Shown in pieces: positions 19,121-31,100 of a DNA stretch of 64,000 nucleotides; the stretch's first letter is position 1; each line of letters starts with the position of its first letter. The stretch is taken from contig NW_027362769.1 in NCBI RefSeq assembly GCF_046119375.1, forward strand, positions 386,384,001 to 386,448,000, read 5' to 3'. The DNA is from Phyllobates terribilis (lineage: Eukaryota). Below the pieces are notes generated by a model. The model was not told the DNA's origin, ran no database searches, and was given only the letters and a program-made list of their open reading frames with translations. The position numbers and the translations under genes are program-made.

Positions 19121-22100
19121 TCAGGTCCAGTCCTGCCCCCCATAGTCTGCATCGATGTCCCTCGTGCTGCTGCGGGGGTCTCGTCTGCTCCTCTCACAGT
19201 CTGTTGGTTTCATAGGAAATGTAAAAATCTCCATCTTTCAAAACCAAAAAAAGCGAGAAGCAGGTAAAAAAGTGTCACAATGACAGAAAATACAGAAAAA
19301 GTGTGGCTACATACCATGCCCATATAATACCGCCATATAGTGCTCAAGTACTAGCACCACCAGTGCACAACAGTATAACCATGCAGTGCACGATAGCAAC
19401 CATATACAGTGCCCATATAATATCACAACAGGGTGCCCAAGTACTAGCACCAGTGTACAATAGTATCTATATTCAAAGCCCATATAATACCGCCATATAG
19501 TGCCCAAGAACTAATACCATACAGTACAAAATAGTACCGATATACTACTACCATGTAATACCACCAAGTACTAGCACCATACTGTGCACCATAGTACCCA
19601 AATACAATGACCATATAATACCTCCATATAGTGCCCTAGTACTAGCACCATACAGTGCACCATAGTACCTATATACAGTGACCATTTCATGCCACTATAT
19701 AGTGCCCAAGAACTAGCACCATAGAGTACACAATTGTGCACATATACAGTGACTGTTATATAGCGCCTAACAGTCCACAAAAACTACACATAATACCGCC
19801 ATAAGGTAGTCAAGAACATCCCCCTCACTGTCCATATAATATTACCCTCACACAGTGACACAGTTCTTAGAGCACGGTATGGCGGTATTATTCAGGTAGT
19901 GGGACAGTTGTTAGAGCAGTGTATGGCGGTATTATTCAGGTAGTGGGACAGTTGTTAGAGCAGTGTATGGCGGTATTATTCAGGTAGCACAGGTGTTAGA
20001 GCAGTGTATGGCGGTATTATTCAGGTAGTAGCACAGTTGTTAGAGCAGTGTATGGCGGTATTATTCAGGTAGTAGCACAGGTGTTAGAGCAGTGTATGGC
20101 GGTATTATTCAGGTAGTAGCACAGGTGTTAGAGCAGTGTATGGCGGTATTATTCAGGTAGTAGCACAGGTGTTAGAGCAGTGTATGGCGGTATTATTCAG
20201 GTAGTAGCACAGATGTTAGAGCAGTGTATGGTGGTATTATTCAGGTAGTAGCACAAGTGTTAGAGCAGTGTATAGCGGTATTATTCATGTAGTAGCACAG
20301 GTGTTAGAGCAGTGTATGGCAGTATTATTCAGGTAGTAGCACAGTTGTTAGAGCAGTGTATGGCAGTATTATTCAGGTAGTAGCACAAGTGTTAGAGCAG
20401 TGTATAGCGGTATTATTCATGTAGTAGCACAGGTGTTAGAGCAGTGTATGGCGGTATTATTCGGTAGTAGCACAGGTGTTAGAGCAGTGTATGACGGTAT
20501 TATTCAGGTAGTAGCACAGATGTTAGAGCAGTGTATGGTGGTATTATTCAGGTAGTAGCACAAGTGTTAGAGCAGTATATAGCGGTATTATTCATGTAGT
20601 AGCACAGGTGTTAGAGCAGTGTATGGCGGTATTATTCAGGTAGTAGCACAGGTGTTAGAGCAGTGTATGGCGGGATTATTCAGGTAGTGGCACAGGTGTT
20701 AGAGCAGTGTATGGTGGTATTATTCAGGTAGTAGCACAGGTGTTAGAGCAGTGTATGGCGGTATTATTCAGGTAGTAGCACAGGTGTTAGAGCAGTGTAT
20801 GGCGGGATTATTCAGGTAGTGGCACAGGTGTTAGAGCAGTGTATGGCGGTATTATTCAGGTAGTAGCACAGGTGTTAGAGCAGTGTATGGCGGTATTATT
20901 CAGGTAGTAGCACAGGTGTTAGAGCAGTGTATGGCGGTATTATTCAGGTAGTGGGACAGTTGTTAGAGCAGTGTATGGCGGTATTATTCAGGTAGCACAG
21001 GTGTTAGAGCAGTGTATGGCAGTATTATTCAGGTAGTAGCACAGTTGTTAGAGCAGTGTATGGCGGTATTATTCAGGTAGTAGCACAGATGTTAGAGCAG
21101 TGTATGGTGGTATTATTCAGGTAGTAGCACAAGTGTTAGAGCAGTGTATAGCGGTATTATTCATGTAGTAGCACAGGTGTTAGAGCAGTGTATGGCGGGA
21201 TTATTCAGGTAGTGGCACAGGTGTTAGAGCAGTGTATGGCGGTATTATTCAGGTAGTAGCACAGGTGTTAGAGCAGTGTATGGTGGTATTATTCAGGTAG
21301 TAGCACAGGTGTTAGAGCAGTGTATGGCGGTATTATTCAGGTAGTAGCACAGGTTTTAGAGCAGTGTATGGCGGTATTATGTAGGTGCTACATGGTGTGA
21401 TTTCCCATCCCAGAGGAGGACACCTACTTTGTTCCTGCAGTCCCGTGGACACTTTCTGTGGCAGTCCCGTGGACACTTTCTGTGGCTGGTGGGTAGCGGG
21501 TTCTGACAGATTCCCCTTCGTGCCCTCGGTCTGGTCCTCGGAGGATTTGTGTGGGGGGTGAAGGACCCAGTTTGGTTGGGAGTACAGAGGCGTCTGCATG
21601 TTCTCGTAGGAATCTGCATCTGCTATTAAGAGAAATGGCCGTGGCTGGAGTAGCGGTGACACACCTGTATGGGGCGGTGATATTTACTGTGCGGGCGGAT
21701 GGTCTGATGGGGGGATGTGATTACACACGTCACATGATCTCTTCTCCTTTGGTCACAGAGTCTCCCCGGCTTCACGGGATCACATAGCCCCTGCTGACTC
21801 CTCCCCTTTTTTCTTTCTGACTCCGCCCATCAGCTGTTACCAGTGAGCAGTGCATTGTGGGAGCTGTCAGGACACTCTCAGGCACGCTGGGCTGTAATAC
21901 CACATGCCTGACAGCAGGTGGCGCTACACAGGGGACAGCAGCTCTCGCTGTGACTGGAGTGATGGCTTCTCACCTTCGTCTTGTGTCGTCCCCTCGTCTG
22001 CAGGACCCTCGGCCTTCGTCCGGACACAGATGGATCCTTTCATGTCTTCATACGACTGGGACCCTGAGACACGAGAAGAACAGAGATGAAGTGACCCCAT

Positions 22101-25100
22101 TCTTATATCACAGCATGGCCGCCCCAGCTCCACGGCACCCAGGTCCTGGGCCGCACCCTCTGAGCCATCTTTAATTTCTTCATTGGTGTTTTCATAGCAG
22201 TCGCCATCTAGAAAACAGAAGTGGGGGCGTCAGCCGCGTAACCGGCACCTCAGGGGGGCGACTAACGCCCGGACAAAACAAGGACTTCACCCCCCGTCCC
22301 CGTCCCATCGTTACATAACAGTACATTATAAAATTACACATTCATGTTTGTTTTACTATATTCTTTTTTTTATTATGTAAATATTTTATTACCCTAAACC
22401 TAAACCCGACACTAGTACTATCCCTCGTCAGACCTAATCCATGTCCCACACCAAAATCCTAATCCTAAATCGAGTCCTAAATGTAACCCCAGTCCTAGCC
22501 TTCATCAGAACCCTAAGTGTAGTACTAACACTAACCCTAGTCTAAAATCTAACCCTACTCCTAACACCGTAGTCAGAACCCTAGCCCCAGTCCTAATCCT
22601 AGTCCTAGCCCAAACCAAAGTCTTAATCCTAAACCTAGTCCTAACTTTAACCCTAGTCCTGGTCCTAACTCTAACTCTAGTCTTAATCCTAACCCTACTT
22701 CTAATGGTAGTCAGTACTATAATTCCAGTCCTAACGCTAACCCTAGTCCTAATCCAAGTTCTGAGGCCACGGCCCCACTATCAGTATTTGATCAGTATTC
22801 GGTCAGTATTTTTTCTCAGGAGTGGGAGCCAAAACCAGGTGAGGAACAATCAGAGAAAAGGTATAATAGAAACAAGTCACCAATTCTGCATTTATCACCC
22901 ACTCCTGGTTTTGGCTCCCACTCCTGAGAAAAAATACTGACCGAATACTGATCAAATACTGATAGTGGGGCCGTGACCTAATAAGAACCCTATTCCTAGT
23001 CCTAATACTAATACTATCCCCAGTCCTAACTCCACTCAAACCCTAACCCCAGTCCTAATCCTAGTCCTTGACCTAACCAAGTCCTAATCCTAAATCTAGT
23101 CCTAACTTTAACCCTACTTCTAACACTAACTATAGTCAGAACCCTAACCTCAGTCCTGACTCTAGCCCTAGTCCTAAATCTAACTCTAATCCTAACCCTA
23201 CTTCAAACACTAATAGTGGTCCGAACCCTAATCCCAGTCCTAGCATTAACCCCAGTCCTAACCCTATTCCTAGCCCTAGGGTTAAAAATACTATGTAAAA
23301 TTAGATTATTGTAAAATTAGGGATTTTGTATGGTTTTATTATTTTTTTTTAAGTATGGGACAGTTCACACATCAGGTCACCGTCTATTCTCTCACAAAAT
23401 TAAAAGTGAGAGTGGAGGTGGGGAGCTGCGAGAGAGCACGGTGCAGCCTCTATCATCTCATTGGCTGCCTATGCAGAGCGCAGCAGTCGGGATGAGTTTG
23501 TCATTGGTTGCTGAGCTCTGCATAGCAAAGCTCACCTCATTATACCGAGAGCTTTGTTATATATGTTACTGACAAAGCAGAGCGCAGAAACCAATGACAA
23601 ACTCATCTCAACTGCTGCGCTCTGCATAGGAACCTGCGGTGCAGAGGCCCTAACCTGGATGTCAGACCATCTCTGGCTGCCTTACTTATCTAGTTCACCT
23701 GGGGGTGGAGGGTAGCCAAAAAATGAAGAAGCCCTAAGGCAACCCTGTGCCCCCAGATATCCTGCCCATCGCTGAGGCCTTGTTACCTATGGAGTCCTCA
23801 GGGTCATCCGGGTCCTCGGTGGGGTCCTCATAGCAGCCGCTTGCTGGTGAGAGAGGGTATTACACGTGTATTTTTGAGGGGCCGAAAAATAGGAAGACAA
23901 ACGGAGGAAGGAGCAAAAATCATAAATGAAACTTTCTCACCATCAGACGCCTGATCCCCTCCTTCAGCCATCGGCTCCAAATAAGAATCACCGCCTGGAA
24001 ATGACACCGTAAAGCAATTAAAGGGGATGTCAGGGGTCCCGAACTTGTGCTGCTGCAGTGTATAGATCACGTGGGATTTTTTTCCAGTCACTGACAGGAA
24101 GCCGAGGTTTTCAAAATAGTTTGGGAATAAAATTGCGTTGGAAAGTTGCAGAACTTTTGCACCGTCCCTTTAATGCGGCTGGTTATTATAATGGTTATAA
24201 AGGTTCCTAACCGAACTCTGGAGATGAACAGAGAAATGTTTTTGAGACAAAGAAATTGGGGAAGCGTGACTCAAAAACAAGAGCAAAAAAGAGAAAAAAA
24301 TGTCATTTCCTCTTCTGTTCTGACTGTTCGGGGAGGACGGGGCTCAAATAAGTTCACTGATGAAATGCAAGTTACTGATACTGGGGGAGGGCGACACCGA
24401 GAAATGGAGGACAGGGGGCTTCAAGGTCTCGTAAATGACCCCAGACATGGAGACAACTGAGTGGACGGGTCCCATGGGCCGGAGACTGCGAGGAGCAGAA
24501 CAAAACTGGGGCCCGGTGTACGAGACACATGCTTCACTGTCATGATGGGGCAAGGAAGGGGCACAAAGAAGCCCCTCAGCCTTCCCACCAGGATATTACA
24601 TACAAAAACATGGCAGCAGACTCTTCTTCCCACCTGGGCCTCTGCCATTTGTCCACCATTCACCAAATATCTCATCAGTCATTCCTTCAATCTGGCTCCA
24701 CACTCAGCCCCATCAGAGACCCCCTATTCCTTGGCCCCCTTAGAACTAGACGATGAGGAGCAACCTGAGAATGAGGCATGTAAACATTCACTGCCCTGGA
24801 TCACCAGGGACTTTACCAATCACCCTCTAATGCTCTGCATTCACTGCCCCTGGACCTCCGGGGACTTTATCATTACCCAATCACCCCCCTGGACCGCCGG
24901 GGACTTTACCATTACCCAATCACCCCCCTGGACTCCCGGGGACTTTATCATTACCCAATCACTCCCCTGGACCCCCGGGGACTTTATCATTACCAGTTCA
25001 CTCCCCTGGACCCCAGAGACTTTATCATTACCCGTTCACTCCCCTGGACCCCAGGGACTTTATCATTACCCGTTCACTCCCCTGCACCCTCAGGGACTTT

Positions 25101-28100
25101 ATCATTACCTGTTCACTCCCTTGGACTCCCAGGGACTTTACCATTACCCGTTCACTCCCCTGGACCCCCAGGGACTTTACCGTTACCTATTAACTCCCCT
25201 GGACCCTCAGGGACTTTATCATTACCCGTTCACTCCCCTGGACCTTAGGGACTTTATCATTACCCGTTCACTCCCCTGGACCCTAGGGACTTTATCATTA
25301 CCCGTTCACTCCCCTGCGCCCTCAGGGACTTTACCATTACCCGTTCACTCCCCTGGACCCCAGGGACTTTATCATTACCCGTTCACTCCCCTGGACCCTA
25401 GGGACTTTATCATTACCCGTTCACTCCCCTGCGCCCTCAGGGACTTTACCATTACCCGTTCACTCCCCTGGACCCCAGGGACTTTATCATTACCCGTTCA
25501 CTCCCCTAGACCCCCAGGGATTTTACCATTACCTATTAACTCCCCTGGACCCTCAGAGACTTTATCATTACCCGTTCACTCCCCTGGACCGCAGGGACTT
25601 TATGGTTACCCGTTCACTCCCCTGGACCCCAGGGACTTTACCATTACCCGTTCACTCCCCTGGACCCCAGGGACTTTATCATTACCCGTTCACTCCCCTG
25701 GACCCCAGGGACTTTACCATTACCCATTCACTCCCATGGACCTCCAGGGACTTTATGGTTACCCGTTCACTCCCCTGGACCCCAGGGACTTTACCATTAC
25801 CCGTTCACTCCCCTGGACCCCCAGGACTTTACCATTACCCGTTCACTCCCCTGGACCCCCAGGACTTTACCATTACCCGTTCACTCCCCTGGACCCCCAG
25901 GTAATTTACCATTACCTATTAACTCCCCTGCACACTCAGGGACTTTATCATTACCCGTTCACTCCCCTGGACCCCCAGGGACTTTACCATTACCCGTTCA
26001 CCCCCCTGGGCCTTCAGTGACTTTATCATAATCCGTTCACTCCCCTGGACCCCCAGGTAATTTACCATTACCTATTAACTTCCCTGCACACTCAGGGACT
26101 TTATCATTACCCGTTCACTCCCCTGGACCCCCAGGGACTTTACCATTACCCGTTCACTCCCCTGGACCCCAGGGACTTTACTATTATCCGTTCACTCTCC
26201 TGGACCCCAGGGACTTTACCATTACCCGTTCACTCCCCTGGGCCTTCAGAGACTTTACCATTACCCGTTCACTCCCCTAGACCCCAGGGACTTTACCATT
26301 ACCCGTTCACTCCCATGGACCCCCAGGGACTTACCATTACCCATTCACTCCCATGGACCCCCAGGGAATTTACCATTACCCAATCACTGCCCTAGATCTC
26401 TAGAGATTTTACGCGTTACTATTTAGGCATTGTATGGCGGTGTTATAGAGATCCTGAATCAGTTTTTTTAGGGGCTTGAATGGCTGTGTTATTTGGGCAC
26501 CATGTGGCGGTATTATTGTTTGTGGTGTGAACAGTATTAAGGTATTAATATCTGTGTATAAGGTACGTATCTAATTCATATATATATACAGTGTGGGCCA
26601 TTTATATGGATACGCCTAAATTAAATGGGAATGGTTGGTGATATCAACTTCCTGTTTGTGGCACATAGGTATATGGGAGGGTGAAAACTTTTCCAGATGG
26701 GTGGTGACCATGGCGGCCATTTTGAAATCGGCTATTTTGGAAACCAACCTTATTTTTTTCAATGGGAAGAGGGTTATGTGACACATCAAACCTATTGAGA
26801 ATTTCATAAGAAAAACACTGGTGTGCTTAGTTTTAATGTAACTTTATTCTTTCATTAGTTTTTTACAAGTTTATGACCACTTATAAAATGTGTTCAAAGT
26901 GCTGCCCATTGTGTTGGATTGTCAATGCCGCCCTCTTCTCCCACTCTTGACACACTGATAGCAACACTGCAGAAGAGACGGTAGCACAGGCTTCCAGGAT
27001 CTGTTGTTTCAGATGCTGCACATCTCGTATCTTCACAGCATAGACAATTGCCTTCAGATGACCCCAAAGATAAAAGTCTAAGGGGGTCAGATCGGGAGAC
27101 CTTGGTGGCCATTCAACTGGCCCACGATGACCAATCCACTTTCCAGGAAACTGTTCATGTAGGAATGCTCGGACCTGACACCCATAATGTGGTGGTGCAC
27201 CATCTTGTTGGAAAAACTCAGGGAACGTGCCATCTTCAGTGCATAAAGAGGGCAACTCATCATCATGGAGCAATTTGAGATATCCAGTGGCACTGAGGTT
27301 TCCATTGATGAAGAATGGCCCCACTATCTTTGTACCCCATATACCACACCATACCATCAAGATACGAGATGTGCAGCATCTGAAACAGCGGATACTGGAA
27401 GCCTGTGCTGGCATTTCTTCTGCGGTGTTGCTATCAGTGTGTCAAGAGTGGGAGAAGAGGGCGGCATTGACAATCCAACACAATGGGCAGCACTTTGAAC
27501 ACATTTTATACGTGGTCATAAACTTGTAAAAAACTCATGAAAGAATAAAGTTACGCTAAAACCAAGCACACCATTGTTTTTCTTATGAAATTCTCAATAA
27601 GTTTGATGTGTCACATGACCCTCTTCCCATTGAAAAAAATAAGGTTGGTTTCCAAAATGGCCGATTTCAAAATGGCCGCCATGGTCACCACCCATCTGGA
27701 AAAGTTTTCCCCCTCCCATATACTAATGTGCCACAAACAGGAAGTTGATATCACCAACCATTCCCATTTAATTTAGGCGTATCCATATAAAGGGCCCACC
27801 CTGTATATTGGTATGATGAAAATGACCCAATAATGAGCAGTCCCTTGTTACTTGCTCCCAGAATTACATTTTCTATACAACCGCCATCTGGCTGCTTTCC
27901 GCGAGTTGTAATATCCATTTATGTAAAGTAGTCTGCTCAAAATAACTTGAGGCGGTCAATGTATAAAAGGCCTGAAGAACCGGACAGGAGGAAACCAGAG
28001 GTGAGACCTGAAGAAACGGAAAGGAAAAGACCAGAGGTGAGACCTGAAGAACCGGACAGGAGGAGACCAGAGGTGAGGCATGAAGGACTGGACAGGAGGA

Positions 28101-31100
28101 GACCAGAGGTGAGGCCTGAAGAACCGGACAGTAGGAGACCAGAGGTGAGACCTGAAGAACCGGACAGGAGGAGACCAGAGATGAGACCTGAAGAACCGGA
28201 CAGGAGGAGACCAGAGGTGAGACCTGAAGAACCGGACAGGAGGAGACCAGAGGTGAGACCTGAAGAACCGGACAGGAGGAGACCAGAGGTGAGACCTGAA
28301 GAACTGGACAGGAAGAGACCAGAGGTGAGGCATGAAGAATTAGACAGGAGGAGACCAGAGGTGAGGCATGAAGAATTAGACAGGAGGAGACCAGAGGTGA
28401 GGCATGAAGAATTAGACAGGAGGAGACCAGAGGTGAGGCATGAAGAATTAGACAGGAGGAGACCAGAGGTGAGACCTGAAGAACCGGACAGGAGGAGACC
28501 AGAGGTGAGGCCTGAAGGACCGGACAGGAGGAGACCAGAGGTGAGGCTTGAAGAACCGGACAGGAGGAGACCAGAGGTGAGGCCTGAAGGACCGGACAGG
28601 AGAAGACCAGAGGTGAGGCCTGAAGAACCGGACAGGAGAAGACCAGAGGTGAGGCATGAAGAATTAGACAGGAGGAGACCAGAGGTGAGGCCTGAAGGAC
28701 CGGACAGGAGGGGAGACCAGAGGTGAGGCCTGAAGGACCGGACAGGAGGAGACCAGAGGTGAGGCCTGAAGAACCGGACAGGAGGAGACCAGAGGTGAGA
28801 CCTGAAGAACCGGACAGGAGGAGACCAGAGGTGAGACCTGAAGAACCGGACAGGAGGAGACCAGAGGTGAGACCTGAAGAACCGGACAGGAGGAGACCAG
28901 AGGTGAGACCTGAAGAACCGGACAGGAGGAGACCAGAGGTGAGACCTGAAGAACTGGACAGGAAGAGACCAGAGGTGAGGCATGAAGAATTAGACAGGAG
29001 GAGACCAGAGGTGAGGCATGAAGAATTAGACAGGAGGAGACCAGAGGTGAGGCATGAAGAATTAGACAGGAGGAGACCAGAGGTGAGGCATGAAGAATTA
29101 GACAGGAGGAGACCAGAGGTGAGACCTGAAGAACCGGACAGGAGGAGACCAGAGGTGAGGCCTGAAGGACCGGACAGGAGGAGACCAGAGGTGAGGCTTG
29201 AAGAACCGGACAGGAGGAGACCAGAGGTGAGGCCTGAAGGACCGGACAGGAGAAGACCAGAGGTGAGGCCTGAAGAACCGGACAGGAGAAGACCAGAGGT
29301 GAGGCATGAAGAATTAGACAGGAGGAGACCAGAGGTGAGGCCTGAAGGACCGGACAGGAGGAGACCAGAGGTGAGGCCTGAAGGACCGGACAGGAGGAGA
29401 CCAGAGGTGAGGCCTGAAGAACCGGACAGGAGGAGACCAGAGGTGAGACCTGAAGAACCGGACAGGTGGAAACCAGAGGTGAGGCTTGAAGAATTGGACA
29501 GGAGGAGACCAGAGGTGAGGCCTGAAGAGGCAGCGGTGCTCTGTAGAGCTCCCAGTAACCCATTCCCTGCTTCTCAGGGGTTAGAGCGCCACCTGGGATC
29601 TCTGACATATAATGAGACCGCGCCGCACTCACCCAGAGACAGGAAGGAGCCCTTGTCCGAGTAATAATCATCACCAACGACTTTAGATGGAGACACGTTC
29701 TGGTAGGTGAAGTCCTGATCCTTGTGGGCAACATCTGATCGGTGGAGGCACAAAGAATAAAAAGATTATTGATGTCATCATCACGAGAAAAAAAGGATGG
29801 GAAATAAAAATAGGGAAAATAAGAAAAAAGAAAAATAGGAGAAAAAGAAGATGGGAAATAAAAAAAAGGAAAAATGTGAGGAAGGAAAAGAGGAAGATGG
29901 AAATAAAAAAAGGAAAATATGAAGAAAGATAAAAAGGAGAATAAGAAATCGGTAAGTAAGGAAAGTACAAGGAAAAGACGATAGGAAATTTAAAAAAAAG
30001 GTAAAATATGAAGAAGGAAAAAAGGAGAAAAAGAAGACGAAAAGTAAAATGAAAATATACAAATATGGGGAAAAAAAAGGAAAGAAAGAAGACAGGAAAT
30101 TTAAAAAAAAATGGAAAATCCGAAAAAGAAGAAACAAAGAAAAATAAGATTGGAAATAAAAAAGGAAAGTATGAAGAAGAAAAAAATTAGAAAAGGAAGA
30201 CAAGAAATAAGAAAAGGAGAATACAAAGAAGGAAAAATAGGAGAAAAACAAAACGAGAAAAAAAAGGGAAATTCAAAGAAAAGAAGACAGAAAATGATAA
30301 AAAAAAGGGAAATATGTAGAAGGAAAAAAGGAAGAGAAGGAGGAGGGATTAGGAGGAGACGCGGGGTCTCCCGCACGTGGTGGTACCTGTCTCGGGGCTG
30401 ATGGATTCTGTGTAGAGATTCCTGGCGGCTGAGCTCATCTTGAAGAAACTGATAAGGAGAGAACGTTATATAAACCCGAGGACATTACAGAGAGAGGAGG
30501 ACATGGCCCATAGATGGCGCCGTACCAGGGCACAATTCGATGCCGCCTCCCCTGTGTCCGGTGCGCCTCACCGCTGCCGTCCCTGACCCCACACCTTGAT
30601 AGAAGCTCAGTATTTCTATCAAAAGGGAAAATGGAGTTTTCCCGCACAGATCTCTCCTGAGGCGACACGCGGGCACAGGATGGCGGACGTAGCGGCACAG
30701 CTGATAGACGCAGGGTCCTGTCTGTGGCGGCGGCACTCACCTGCTCTTGGCGCGTCTCCTCACTCTCCTTCCTGTAATGAGACATGGAGTATAACGGTCA
30801 CTCAGCTTCCTCGGGTTGTGAGTGATAAATCTGACTCTTTGTGAATCGCCACCATTATTGCGCCACTAAGCACATTTGTCATTTAGGGGCCCAGGAGAGT
30901 GGAGGGACAACTTTTATGGGAAATATGGCAGCCATTTTCGTTGTCACAAAAGCAAATCATTAATAATTCTGAATATAATCTCTTAGACGCTGTTCACACC
31001 GAGTTTTTGTTAAAGTAAAAAATCCATTTCGAAATCACTTGGAAAACTCTTATTATTCATTTCTATGGGAAATGGGAAATCCCTTTTGCCATTCAAATGA

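Noticed and set aside
23686-23698. Possible 13-nt cd19 micro-exon (cag|gtgaactagataa|gtaag)
   Set aside because: It changes phase 1 to 2 and is incompatible with the flanking phase-1 exons.
24461-26020. 519-aa Pro/Thr-rich ORF
   Set aside because: Translation of a 38-39-bp minisatellite, antisense within a cd19 intron.
27937-29734. 259-356 aa ORFs ([11 protein letters not shown] and antisense equivalents)
   Set aside because: 33-bp repeat (multiple of three) with a frameshifted unit at ~28710; no unique coding context.
30111-30401. Lys/Arg-rich ORF
   Set aside because: Low-complexity poly-purine tract.
30590-30657. Candidate extra cd19 exon ([20 protein letters not shown])
   Set aside because: Phase 2 to 1 would not join the downstream FFK exon (phase 2); weak donor.
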